A DNA stretch of 64,000 nucleotides, from positions 31,499 to 95,498 of IMG/VR virus record IMGVR_UViG_3300037493_005685; one strand, written 5' to 3'. The DNA is from a virus. Positions 36,760-45,909 of this stretch are shown here, piece by piece. Below the pieces are notes generated by a model, which saw only the letters and a program-made list of their open reading frames with translations, had not been told where the DNA came from and did no database searches. How positions within the stretch are numbered: position 1 is the stretch's first letter; every line of letters begins with the position of its first letter. A program made the position numbers and the translations under genes.

Positions 36760-38601
36760 ATGGCAACAGACGCACTAATAGAGACTCAAGGTGACGGCCG
36801 AACGCCATGGCGCAGCCTCTCCATTCCTGTCCCTAACTTAGAACCTATCCTGACCAAGATTAAGGACTTCGTAGACAAGCTGAAGGCTGTCATCTCTTTG
36901 GTGGTGGGGCTCGTTGATATGATTCTGTCTTTCATATCAGCGCTCGCAGACCCCTTGGCAGCTTTGATACGTGCGCTCCTAGACCAAATACGCGCCCTGC
37001 TAAACCAATACCTGGAAGATGCGGGGTTGTATGCGCTGTTTGTGCCGTTTGGTAAACGCATGATGTACAACACCTTTACCCCTATCTCCAGCCAGACGAG
37101 AGACGCTACACCTGACGCTACAGCTGAGATGCGTAAGCCAATGTTAGGCAGCTCGGAAGGTACCTCCGTCTCTCTGTTCACATCAACCAACGACCCCAAC
37201 AAGCCAAGCCTCACGGCGCAGCAGCGCAAGTTCATGGCTAACGCCAACCAGTTCTCCGGGGGCAACGCGGGGTTTTATCGCACAGTATGCGAGTCACTCG
37301 CTGACTCCAGAGACCATTGCAGGCCCCAGTTTCTAAGCCCGGACGACTACGTTGCTGGCGGCGTTATGCTGTTTGGCTCTGACTTCGACCCGTTTGGATT
37401 CTTGAACAGCTTCTTTAAGTTCTCTGGCATGTTCGGTGACATCTTTGCGGCCTCTTCTGGTATCCCGGACTTGCCCAAGCCCAGGAATTTACGCGGTGAA
37501 GTTGTGCTAGGCCCGCACTCACGCCCACACGGAGAAGAGGGCAAGTTCATGGCTCTCTTGCAGTGGGACAGCATGAACCTCCCCGTGCACAGCCTTCCAG
37601 ACCTAGGTGGCGTTATTGTCATGCCCATACGCATGGCTGTGATTGCCGTCAGGAATAACCTAGCCTCTTCCGCAGCCAGCAACGTTATGGACTTGTTCGG
37701 TACCAAAGCTCTGACCAAGGGCATGCACGTAGGCGACGCTTGGGTGATTGAAGAGAAGATATTTGTGCCTGGCGAGACCATGTACCTCACAGAAGAGCTC
37801 CAGTCTTATCGCTCAGATGTGTGGACCTTCTTTGTGGCGTGGTCTCTTTATGGCTTCAACAAAAAAGACAACCCGGCTAAAGCTAAGCCCAGCGACATTG
37901 GCTACTGGTATCTATCCAACGCCGTGCGCCTCACGCCCATGCAGACAGCATCAGCGGGTACGCCTCCTGATTGGATTCGTACGCCTTCAGTGTCTGAGCT
38001 ACTTCCTCCGTTGGCTTGGTTCATGCGCAGGCTGGTTATCGTAATCGAGACCTTAGCTAGTTATGTACCCAGCGCCATTGAGCACCTAAGAAAGTACGTG
38101 GACTTCATGAGGCGAGAGATTCTTCGCTATGAATCCATAATACAGAACATCCTGACTGAGTTTAAGAAGCTACTGGATTTGCTCAACATACAAACATTGG
38201 GCGGCATATACACGAAGATGTTTAGCGGTAAGGGAGGAAACGCTTTCTTTACCTCTAGCTTGGCTGAGTCTCTGGCAGAGGGATACCCAAACGCTCCGCC
38301 TTTCCACAATGGAGACGAGTATGTGACGGGGTTGATTTTGTTGGCGGGCGGTGCGCAGCCCAAGGTAGCTGCAGCGCAACCTTTGCTCGAGCTCATGTTT
38401 GGAGATGCGACTACGGGTGAAGGCGGCATTGCCAACGACACGGCTGACCTCATGGATAGCCTGGGTGCGCAGGTAGATTTGATTCAAGAGACCTGGAGTC
38501 CCACACCAAAAGAAGAGAGCTTAGAAGGGCTGGTCTTATGTAACCGCCCAGAACCTAAAGTTGTGCCGTTTGGCGCAGACTTAAACCCCATTGTACCTTA
38601 A
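36760..38601 (+). CDS. putative virion structural protein with internal duplication
   Basis: 613 aa; two copies of amphipathic helices + GGNAxF...ESLA...P.F...D[DE]YV.G..L. Confidence 0.7.
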   Translation: MATDALIETQGDGRTPWRSLSIPVPNLEPILTKIKDFVDKLKAVISLVVGLVDMILSFISALADPLAALIRALLDQIRALLNQYLEDAGLYALFVPFGKRMMYNTFTPISSQTRDATPDATAEMRKPMLGSSEGTSVSLFTSTNDPNKPSLTAQQRKFMANANQFSGGNAGFYRTVCESLADSRDHCRPQFLSPDDYVAGGVMLFGSDFDPFGFLNSFFKFSGMFGDIFAASSGIPDLPKPRNLRGEVVLGPHSRPHGEEGKFMALLQWDSMNLPVHSLPDLGGVIVMPIRMAVIAVRNNLASSAASNVMDLFGTKALTKGMHVGDAWVIEEKIFVPGETMYLTEELQSYRSDVWTFFVAWSLYGFNKKDNPAKAKPSDIGYWYLSNAVRLTPMQTASAGTPPDWIRTPSVSELLPPLAWFMRRLVIVIETLASYVPSAIEHLRKYVDFMRREILRYESIIQNILTEFKKLLDLLNIQTLGGIYTKMFSGKGGNAFFTSSLAESLAEGYPNAPPFHNGDEYVTGLILLAGGAQPKVAAAQPLLELMFGDATTGEGGIANDTADLMDSLGAQVDLIQETWSPTPKEESLEGLVLCNRPEPKVVPFGADLNPIVP

Positions 38602-38795
38602 CGAGCAAAACATCTCCTCCTCCCTTACGGGAAGAGGATGACCCAGGTTGCTTTTTTTCTTCAAGGCATAAGTCCCAAACGGTAGTCTCAGAGTCCATAA
38701 TTTACCTCCTTCAAGGTGTAAAGGTTCTCTACCCTCTTTTACCAAATAACATTTTGAGTTATGCTTAATGCCGAAAACACATGAAAGGAATCGCC

Positions 38796-39074
38796 ATGGT
38801 GATGTATGACTTCTTCTGCACAAGCTGCGAAAAAAACTTCGAGGACCTCGTCGAAAATGGAACAGCGAACCTCCAATGTCCGGTCTGTGGAGAGCTCTCC
38901 GAGCGCGTATGGCTCAAAACTGCAACAACCTTTAGCACCATTGTTCCAAACTATCCTGGAAGCAGCGCTCGCACAGCCGGGGGATGCGAAGAAGCCCACA
39001 GGCCCGCGACGAAAATTATGTCAGGACCAGCAGGCTGCACCACGCCTAAGCCAAAAACAATCTTCTCTCCCTGA
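38796..39074 (+). CDS. FmdB-family zinc-ribbon protein
   Basis: MVMYDFFCTSCEKNFEDLV...CPVCG...ERV; AAGGA SD. Confidence 0.75.
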   Translation: MVMYDFFCTSCEKNFEDLVENGTANLQCPVCGELSERVWLKTATTFSTIVPNYPGSSARTAGGCEEAHRPATKIMSGPAGCTTPKPKTIFSP

Positions 39075-39300
39075 TGCCGAGTGGCAGTGTTTGGACTGCG
39101 GAGAAAAAGAAAAGCTTTTTATTATTATAGAGAAGACTCGTTCTACTTGTAAGCGTCTTCTCCAGGCGGATTTGGTTGTGTGCGAGACCTGCGGCTTTCG
39201 TATGTACGGCAAAACTATGGCTGCTTGGTACGCAGGAAAAAACATACCAAGAAAAAAAAGAGGCGGTAAAGCTAGAGCTCTAACTCTACCGCCTCGATGA
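39070..39300 (+). CDS. second zinc-ribbon domain lacking a nearby in-frame start (possible +1 extension of FmdB gene)
   Basis: WQCLDCG...CETCG in +1 frame after CCC-TGA. Confidence 0.5.
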   Translation, partial: PDAEWQCLDCGEKEKLFIIIEKTRSTCKRLLQADLVVCETCGFRMYGKTMAAWYAGKNIPRKKRGGKARALTLPPR

Positions 39301-39301
39301 G

Positions 39302-39673
39302 TCACACGTTGTCTTCTACGATTACACCTGTTCCGAGTTTTGCGATAACCACCCCGATAATGTCTGGAAGAGACCAGTAATACTTCATTATTGGGTTGTA
39401 CTCTTCTAAGTACGCCTGTGCTTTTTTCTTGGTTGGGGGGTTCCAGTACCAAGGCATAGCGTACAGCATTTTGTAAGACTTATAGGAATTTCCGCTATCA
39501 TCTATCAGGTCCATGCGGCCTTCGGACCTCATCCAGTCTGCTGCAATGTCTATGTTAAAGAAACGATTTACCGTGGTCTGTGGTGCGTCATACTTAGTAA
39601 ACTTCTCAATTCCGTACCACATGGACTTTATTTTTTGAACTTTATAGGTGAGAGGGCTCTTCTTGGTTTGCAT
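39302..39673 (-). CDS. hypothetical protein
   Basis: 123-aa ORF. Confidence 0.6.
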   Translation of the reverse strand: MQTKKSPLTYKVQKIKSMWYGIEKFTKYDAPQTTVNRFFNIDIAADWMRSEGRMDLIDDSGNSYKSYKMLYAMPWYWNPPTKKKAQAYLEEYNPIMKYYWSLPDIIGVVIAKLGTGVIVEDNV

Positions 39674-39908
39674 CTTGTTTTAGTTTTTCTAGAAGCGCTG
39701 CATACACAGCAGCGGCTTCATGCTTTAGGAGACAAGCTCCTTGGTTGTTCTCAAAAGCTTTTCGTAGCTTTGCGAGAGCTTTCTCTAAGTCACGCGAAGA
39801 TTGTCTTGGAACTGGCATGTATCCCCAAAAAGACAGAAGGGAGAACCGTTGCGTCGGTCCTCCCTTCCGGATGAGGGTGATGAGGTAGGTGCCTGAAGTT
39901 TACGCCGT

Positions 39909-40727
39909 TTATTTTTTCTTGGCGTTGGCTTCGGACAACATCGTGCAGATTTGCACGTGTAGGTCGATGCTGCCCGTACGCAGGGAATCCTTCACCACGC
40001 AGGTGGCGTACTCGCCGTTCGACAGGATGAACTCCTTGACGTGCGGGAGCAGGTACCGAGCTACCTCACGAGCGTGGCCTTCAAGCGCCATGCGGAACCA
40101 CGTGGGCAGGCACTGGTCCGTGTACTCCTGCCAGCGGTCAGGAAGGTTCACAGCGCGGTCCATGATGTCCACGTTGTCGTGGAAGACAGCACCCGTTACG
40201 TACGCCGGGATGAACTCCTTGTCCTTCCCCGTATGAGTCTTGGTCTTCTCGTCATACTGGGTTGGTATGGGAAACAGCTCTCGCATGGCCCACATCGTGT
40301 TGGCGAACTGCCAGTTCTCATGGATGGCAGCTTCCTGTACAAACTCACGCATGCAGCGAGCCGAGAAAGTGTCAGCGTCCTTGCGCGTCTTGAAGAACTC
40401 TGTTGTGAGGTCGAGCAGCAGCTTTCCCATTTCAGGTCTGTCGCTTTGCTCGATGACGCTCTGAGCACACGGGAAGAAAACGTCATCCACCTTCGGGTGC
40501 TTGAAGATGACCTCTTTGAACAGGAAGGAGAGGATGTCCCCGCTGCGCTTGAACGCTGCCATGTAGCACATGGCTTTGTACGGGCTGTTATCCCCGGACT
40601 CTTCATTGTTACCCTCTTTACCAAACATACCAGCGGTAAAGGTAAACTTAACGGAGTCCAGTGACCCGGCTTCGATGCCCTGCAATACGGTGATAAGATT
40701 CTGGTCAAATTCTACTGACGGCGCCAT
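39909..40727 (-). CDS. hypothetical helical protein
   Basis: 272 aa, GC3-rich codons, followed by terminator hairpin at about 39825-39868. Confidence 0.75.
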   Translation of the reverse strand: MAPSVEFDQNLITVLQGIEAGSLDSVKFTFTAGMFGKEGNNEESGDNSPYKAMCYMAAFKRSGDILSFLFKEVIFKHPKVDDVFFPCAQSVIEQSDRPEMGKLLLDLTTEFFKTRKDADTFSARCMREFVQEAAIHENWQFANTMWAMRELFPIPTQYDEKTKTHTGKDKEFIPAYVTGAVFHDNVDIMDRAVNLPDRWQEYTDQCLPTWFRMALEGHAREVARYLLPHVKEFILSNGEYATCVVKDSLRTGSIDLHVQICTMLSEANAKKK

Positions 40728-40941
40728 TTTCTTTCTTCTCCTTGATTTTAGCTTCGAAGGTGTCTGCGCACCCTACACATAGCGGGTTTGCTAGAATGCG
40801 TTCAATCTTTTTGAACCTGTCTTCTGACTTTATGTGGCGTTCCCAGTGAGACCAGCAGTCTGTCTGGCACACAGGACAACGCCACATTAGGAACTTTCCC
40901 CAGATATGCAGCAAGGCCGAGCGCTGTACTTTAGCGCCCAT
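40705..40941 (-). CDS. small zinc-binding protein
   Basis: CPVC...CVGC. Confidence 0.6.
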   Translation of the reverse strand: MGAKVQRSALLHIWGKFLMWRCPVCQTDCWSHWERHIKSEDRFKKIERILANPLCVGCADTFEAKIKEKKENGAVSRI

Positions 40942-41266
40942 CGGATACCTCGAACGTGTTGATGACTTTTACCTTAAACGGATGGTCATGAAAACATCCA
41001 AACGAACTCGTCTCCTCTTCCGTGTCTGTTGAAATTAGGAATACGTACTCGGTGCACTCAAGTGGCTCTACTTTTTTACAGAGACTATTCAGTTGTTTTT
41101 CCTGGTGGCCGTTGCAAGGTCTCCCTTTCCACCAGAAAGCTTGTGCGCCTTTCTCATGGTTGTTTAGCACCATGTTGCAAGAGAGCAGCTCCTGATGCCC
41201 GCCCTTCGTACGCTTCAGCGCCTTAAACGCCGCGTCGGTCAAAATGAGAACAGCTTCGTGTATCAC
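40931..41266 (-). CDS. hypothetical protein
   Basis: GTG start, AAGGAG SD, GGTATGAG motif at 41310-41317. Confidence 0.65.
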   Translation of the reverse strand: MIHEAVLILTDAAFKALKRTKGGHQELLSCNMVLNNHEKGAQAFWWKGRPCNGHQEKQLNSLCKKVEPLECTEYVFLISTDTEEETSSFGCFHDHPFKVKVINTFEVSDGR

Positions 41267-41340
41267 GGGTCACTCCTTGGTCTGTAAAACGATGTATCTG
41301 CGACGTAGACTCATACCACGTGAAAGCCTATATTTTTGAC

Positions 41341-41997
41341 ATGGAAAAGCAGCGTGAAGGTCTCCTCAAGAATGCGTTCTTCCCCATCTGGACTAGGGTC
41401 CCTGGCACACCGTTCAGCCTGCCTGGAAACATGGACCCCGAAGAGCGCTTGCCCGGCATGGATACATGGGCTCCTAGAGAGCGCATGGAGCGTGTCTCTG
41501 CGGGCATGCATGCGGGCGTTCCCGTCGATGTGATGATGAAGGCCGAGGGCGAGAGTGACAAGGCACGCAACGTGCTCACGAGTGCTGGCGCTGGCGCTCT
41601 CGGTGGAGGTCTTGTTGGGCGTGGCCTCCTAGGCGAGAAAGCCACGGCTCCTTTTCACAACATCATCCGTGAAGGTGGGCATGATGTGCTCAAGCATCTC
41701 GCTGGAATCCCCTCAGGTATGAAGGCCCTCATCGGCGCTGGAGCTCTTGGCGGTGCGTATTACGGCGCAGACCGTTGGGCCGAACGCAAGCCTATCCGGG
41801 AACACCAAGCATATGAGACGGCGCGTGCTATGCGTAATGAGCAGCTCTTAAACGACGTTAAGCTTATGCAAGGTAATGACTACCTACAGTCCAAAGCGCG
41901 ACAGCAGCCATCCCTGCTTAACGTGCATCCACACAGAACCAAAAGCCCAACGGCGTCAGAGCCCATCCCCCACGTGGTCTCTTCCGGGGAGGAATGA
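41341..41997 (+). CDS. putative internal virion Gly-zipper protein (leaderless)
   Basis: TATATT-N6-ATG 41341; LLKNA; GAGAGALGGGLVG and GAGALGGAYYG segments. Confidence 0.7.
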   Translation: MEKQREGLLKNAFFPIWTRVPGTPFSLPGNMDPEERLPGMDTWAPRERMERVSAGMHAGVPVDVMMKAEGESDKARNVLTSAGAGALGGGLVGRGLLGEKATAPFHNIIREGGHDVLKHLAGIPSGMKALIGAGALGGAYYGADRWAERKPIREHQAYETARAMRNEQLLNDVKLMQGNDYLQSKARQQPSLLNVHPHRTKSPTASEPIPHVVSSGEE

Positions 41998-42000
41998 AAT

Positions 42001-42546
42001 ATGATTACAACTTTTGATATCCTCGTGAAGATGGCAGGTGTTCCTGTTGCGGCAAAGGCTCCAGCCTCGCCCATGGGTGTAAATGCCCCTAACGCCACTA
42101 CAACCCCCGCACCGGCAGCCCAACCGAGTATGCCACCTACGGCCGCGCTTAAACCGCCAAATCCAGCTAAGCCCATGAAACCGCTTAGCCCAACACCTAA
42201 GTTAGCCTTTGATGCCCAAGCAGCGTTACTGGGTATGGGCGGTGGCTTAGGTGGCTTCGCTCTTGGTAAGGCTTTCTTGGAGCCTTCGATGCAGTCAGCG
42301 GCCAAAGCTTCTCCTTGGATTCTCGGAGCACTCACCGCTCTCGTTGTTGGGTCGCTTGCTGCGAAGTCCGCACGTAAAGACGAGAACCAAAAAGTACACC
42401 TAGAGCACGCTCTCTCTAACCTGTCTCCCGCCGAGAGACAGATTTTGCTTGAGCAAGGAAACCAAACAGACCTACGCGACGTTGGGTTCCATGGCGGGCC
42501 AGCTATGCACCCGGCTGACAACATGTCTGGAAGGCGGTTCTTCTAA
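42001..42546 (+). CDS. putative internal virion protein with KMA/KLA sites and 2 hydrophobic helices
   Basis: FDILVKMA, Pro-rich linker, PKLA then Gly-rich hydrophobic pair. Confidence 0.7.
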   Translation: MITTFDILVKMAGVPVAAKAPASPMGVNAPNATTTPAPAAQPSMPPTAALKPPNPAKPMKPLSPTPKLAFDAQAALLGMGGGLGGFALGKAFLEPSMQSAAKASPWILGALTALVVGSLAAKSARKDENQKVHLEHALSNLSPAERQILLEQGNQTDLRDVGFHGGPAMHPADNMSGRRFF

Positions 42547-42693
42547 TGGGCAAGCCTTCTGTCTATGGTGTGCCGGGGACTGCCCTCCCTCCTGTAAAGG
42601 GGCAGCCCCGCGACGAAGAGCGCTATAAGCGCGTACACAAAGCTCCTCCCAAGTCTCCCACTAAAAAAACCAAGTAGCCCTTGGTATAACTAC

Positions 42694-42891
42694 ATGTCCA
42701 TAAAATCTGTCTCTCCGAGACTCATGCTCGCTGTTCTTGATAGCGCTAAGCACAAGGACACCTTTCAAAAGACCATGCTTAAAACTATGCGCCGAAGAAT
42801 GGAGAATGGACGCTTAACCGACGCAGACCTTTTGTGGATACACTCGTCATACGTGCTAGAGCTTCAGGCTGTACCTAGAAAAACGAAGTAA
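42694..42891 (+). CDS. small hypothetical protein
   Basis: 65 aa; TTGGTATAAC just upstream. Confidence 0.55.
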   Translation: MSIKSVSPRLMLAVLDSAKHKDTFQKTMLKTMRRRMENGRLTDADLLWIHSSYVLELQAVPRKTK

Positions 42892-42908
42892 CTTCGTTAT
42901 CAAACAAC

Positions 42909-43162
42909 GCTTCACCCATTGAGGACATCTGGTTACCGCTGGTCTAACCAGCTGCCCGATCACAGTGAAGCTCTAGCACTCTTTAAAAGTCTCACACGTA
43001 TTTCCTCAACGACCAGAGGGCGACGCAGTAACTGCGTTGTTTCTGAATGAAGGAACTGGAATGAGCAGATTTGCTGAAGCCACGGCTCTTCGGCAAAGCC
43101 TGTCATAGGTGTGAGTGCAGAGGTTGGGGTACGGGGAAAAAAGACTTCCCCGTGCTCTGACC
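42909..43162 (+). ncRNA. candidate highly structured non-coding RNA with pseudoknots
   Basis: At least 7 complementary segment pairs, with G-U pairs favouring the + strand; intergenic. Confidence 0.55.
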
Positions 43163-43207
43163 GATGCTTATACTCCTCTTCTGGCATCTACTACAGAAAG
43201 AGGACAC

Positions 43208-43588
43208 ATGACTGAGACAATGTTGGACACCTGGTATATCCGCCTAACCACGTGGTACCTCGCAAAGCCTTGGTACATTCGCCTTGCGTGCATCGGATTG
43301 GTCGTTGTAATCGTTATCCTTTTTTTGCTGCGCTTTGTTGCTAAAGGGGTACCAGAAGAGTACGCGCAAACTGCGAACGTATCTCCTGTACTAGCAGACC
43401 CCACAAGCGCAAACGAGGAAGAAGAGGCTACCAACGCCGAGACGACCATCGCTATGAAAAAGAAGATGATTGAACAGCTTAAGGAACGTAAAGAGGAACA
43501 GGATAAGTTTGCACAACAGGCATCAGAAATCACAAACGCAGAACATATGGGAGACTTGCATGAACTTCGTAAGAAATTTAATCTTTAG
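43208..43588 (+). CDS. membrane-anchored coiled-coil protein (i-spanin-like architecture)
   Basis: GAGGA SD; N-terminal TM plus helical C-terminus. Confidence 0.65.
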   Translation: MTETMLDTWYIRLTTWYLAKPWYIRLACIGLVVVIVILFLLRFVAKGVPEEYAQTANVSPVLADPTSANEEEEATNAETTIAMKKKMIEQLKERKEEQDKFAQQASEITNAEHMGDLHELRKKFNL

Positions 43589-44063
43589 TCTAGGTGTAAC
43601 ACTGGTATGTTCTTCGGCATATTCTCAGGAGATGCCGTTGGAAGAGTGGTCGGATTACCCGAGTCAGATTCCTATTGGACCCATGCAGAATCTGCCCGAG
43701 GGTACGGTACAGACTATCAACAAGGTGGAGTACACCTGTTACAACATCCAAGAGTACAAGGACATCTTACTCTTGGCCAATGACTACCAGTCTTTGTACG
43801 ACTGGCGCGTAAAGACGGATGCGCTTGTTCTCTCATGGCAGAACCTAGACAAGGTATACCTAGAGAGACTAGCAAACAGGAAAGAACAAATTGACACGTT
43901 TAAGGTGGATAGAATCTACATCCTTAAGCAGCTTGATGACAACCGTAAGTACATTCTGGACCTCCAGAGTCGTAAAGAAACCACAGTACTCGGTTGGAAA
44001 ATAGTGTCAGCGATAGAGTTGGTGGGGATAGTCGCTCTGTCTATAACTGCGGCAGTTAAATGA
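43560..44063 (+). CDS. exported coiled-coil protein with C-terminal hydrophobic anchor (spanin partner-like)
   Basis: Signal peptide ...SSAYS-QE; overlaps preceding gene. Confidence 0.65.
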   Translation: MNFVRNLIFSLGVTLVCSSAYSQEMPLEEWSDYPSQIPIGPMQNLPEGTVQTINKVEYTCYNIQEYKDILLLANDYQSLYDWRVKTDALVLSWQNLDKVYLERLANRKEQIDTFKVDRIYILKQLDDNRKYILDLQSRKETTVLGWKIVSAIELVGIVALSITAAVK

Positions 44064-44187
44064 CGCGGCCGTGCTATTCAAACACCGAGGGCCATACAAC
44101 AGAAATAAATTGCGCGGAATATACTGGGAGGCTATCCCCACGTTTCCTCCCGAAATGCGCTTCGTTAAGGGTCAAGGAATAATCACC

Positions 44188-45030
44188 ATGCCAGAGATTA
44201 AATACGCCGTAACCCACCCAGGGCCAGCGCACAGGGACGATACCCTGGCCATTGCGCTTGCCTTGAGTCTAGAGGGAGACATCCCGGTGTTCAGACGACT
44301 GCCCACAGAGGAAGAGCTGTCCTCTCCCTGTGTGCTCGTACTAGACACCGGAGAGAGGTATGAACCGGAGCTCAATAACTTTGACCACCACCAATTTGAC
44401 GAGGACGCCGAAGAACCCAACTGCGCCATGTCCCTGTACTTGAAGTCGCGTGGCTTAGAAGAAATCTTTGACCTGCAGCGTTGGTACCTACCGACTATTC
44501 TTCTGGATGACCGGGGACCATATGCGACAGCCAAGATTCTGAACATCAACCGTTTTCCCTACGAGCTTGTTGACCCCATTGGTACAGCCATCGTTAACTT
44601 GTTCGGCTCTTACTTCGGACAAGTTCTTCCCGAGACACTCTTGATACTCAGAACAATTGGTGAACAGATTCTATCCGCTACAAAGAAGTTTGCCGACCAA
44701 ATCTTCCATCTTGAACGTGTCTGCGAAGTCATCCAGATTGACGGGTATAAGGTTCTAGTTCTACGTACTTCGGATATTACAGCCTCACAAGAGTTTAGGA
44801 ACCGTAGTCATCCGGATGCTATCGCCTCCATCTCTTGGGACAACCGTGGTTCAGGCTGGTCTATGTACCGGTTCAGCCAACACTGTCCCGTCAATTTTGG
44901 AAAGCTTACGGGTAATCCAGAAGTACTGTTCACCCACCGGGATGGCTCTCTCGCCAAAACCCAACGGCGCCTGCCTATTGAAGAAGTTCTCGACCTCGTA
45001 TCTCAGAGCCTTGAAAGACCCGCAGCATAA
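44188..45030 (+). CDS. MYG1/UPF0160-like DHH-superfamily hydrolase
   Basis: VTHPGPAHRDD, VLDTG, FDHHQF motifs. Confidence 0.8.
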   Translation: MPEIKYAVTHPGPAHRDDTLAIALALSLEGDIPVFRRLPTEEELSSPCVLVLDTGERYEPELNNFDHHQFDEDAEEPNCAMSLYLKSRGLEEIFDLQRWYLPTILLDDRGPYATAKILNINRFPYELVDPIGTAIVNLFGSYFGQVLPETLLILRTIGEQILSATKKFADQIFHLERVCEVIQIDGYKVLVLRTSDITASQEFRNRSHPDAIASISWDNRGSGWSMYRFSQHCPVNFGKLTGNPEVLFTHRDGSLAKTQRRLPIEEVLDLVSQSLERPAA

Positions 45031-45094
45031 AAGATTTTGACTTTAGTGTAAAAGTCTGCTAGGGCTGGAATACACCATTGAAGGAGGGAATTCC

Positions 45095-45811
45095 ATGGAG
45101 TTGTGTTTGGTTCCGCTGACACTGGACAAGTTCGAGGTTTGCTGCGTACCTACAGAAAAGTCACATCACGCATGTTGGCGTGACGCCTCTGAGGAAGTCG
45201 TAGCGGAGTTCAAAGACGGCAGCGCCTACTATCTGCCGGTCTGCAACGACCCCGAGCATGTCCGCCTCGCACAAGAAGCCAAAAAGAAACTGTTGAAAGG
45301 AGTGAGTCTAGCCGAGCTCGAGAAATACGTCGTAAAGATGCAGGTGTTCGTGAAGCCCACCGAGATGCAGACCACAAAGGTGAAAGTCATCCAGTGGGAA
45401 AACTTCAAGAAGATGCGAATGACCCTGCCCACAATCCCAACAACCCCACAGCCCAAACAGCCCAAGTATGCTAAGCAAGAACTACAGCCAGAAGTAAAAG
45501 AACCGACCGTAATTCATACTGCGTGTAAGAAGTGGCAATGGATTAACGATATTGGACAGTGGATGGACATGAAGGGTAACACCGTGTCTTTCTCCAAGCT
45601 GTCCGATAAAGAGCTCAAGCATACTGCTATCGCTATCCGTGACGCGAACTTCCAAAACCTCACCGCAAAGACCAAGTGGACTAAAGCTCTCGTGTTGGAT
45701 AGCACCGAGAGTTTTAAGTTCTCGGAAGAAGCGCTTAAAGTGGGCGCTAAGATTGCAGCTGAGAAGCTGGAAGATTTTCGCATTGAGTGCAAGCGTCGCG
45801 GCTACATCTGA
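45095..45811 (+). CDS. hypothetical protein
   Basis: 238 aa; AAGGAGG SD. Confidence 0.7.
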   Translation: MELCLVPLTLDKFEVCCVPTEKSHHACWRDASEEVVAEFKDGSAYYLPVCNDPEHVRLAQEAKKKLLKGVSLAELEKYVVKMQVFVKPTEMQTTKVKVIQWENFKKMRMTLPTIPTTPQPKQPKYAKQELQPEVKEPTVIHTACKKWQWINDIGQWMDMKGNTVSFSKLSDKELKHTAIAIRDANFQNLTAKTKWTKALVLDSTESFKFSEEALKVGAKIAAEKLEDFRIECKRRGYI

Positions 45812-45824
45812 CCGTACGGTACGT

Positions 45825-45892
45825 AGACCCCTTCCACCAATCCTCAGGAGGTGAGGGAACCATCTAACGATTGGTGGTTGGGGTCTTTTTTT
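45825..45892 (+). terminator. long hairpin terminator between convergent genes
   Basis: AGACCCC..CCACCAATC / GATTGGTGG..GGGGTCT followed by a T run. Confidence 0.6.
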
Positions 45893-45909
45893 GCCCTGAG
45901 GGCGAATCT

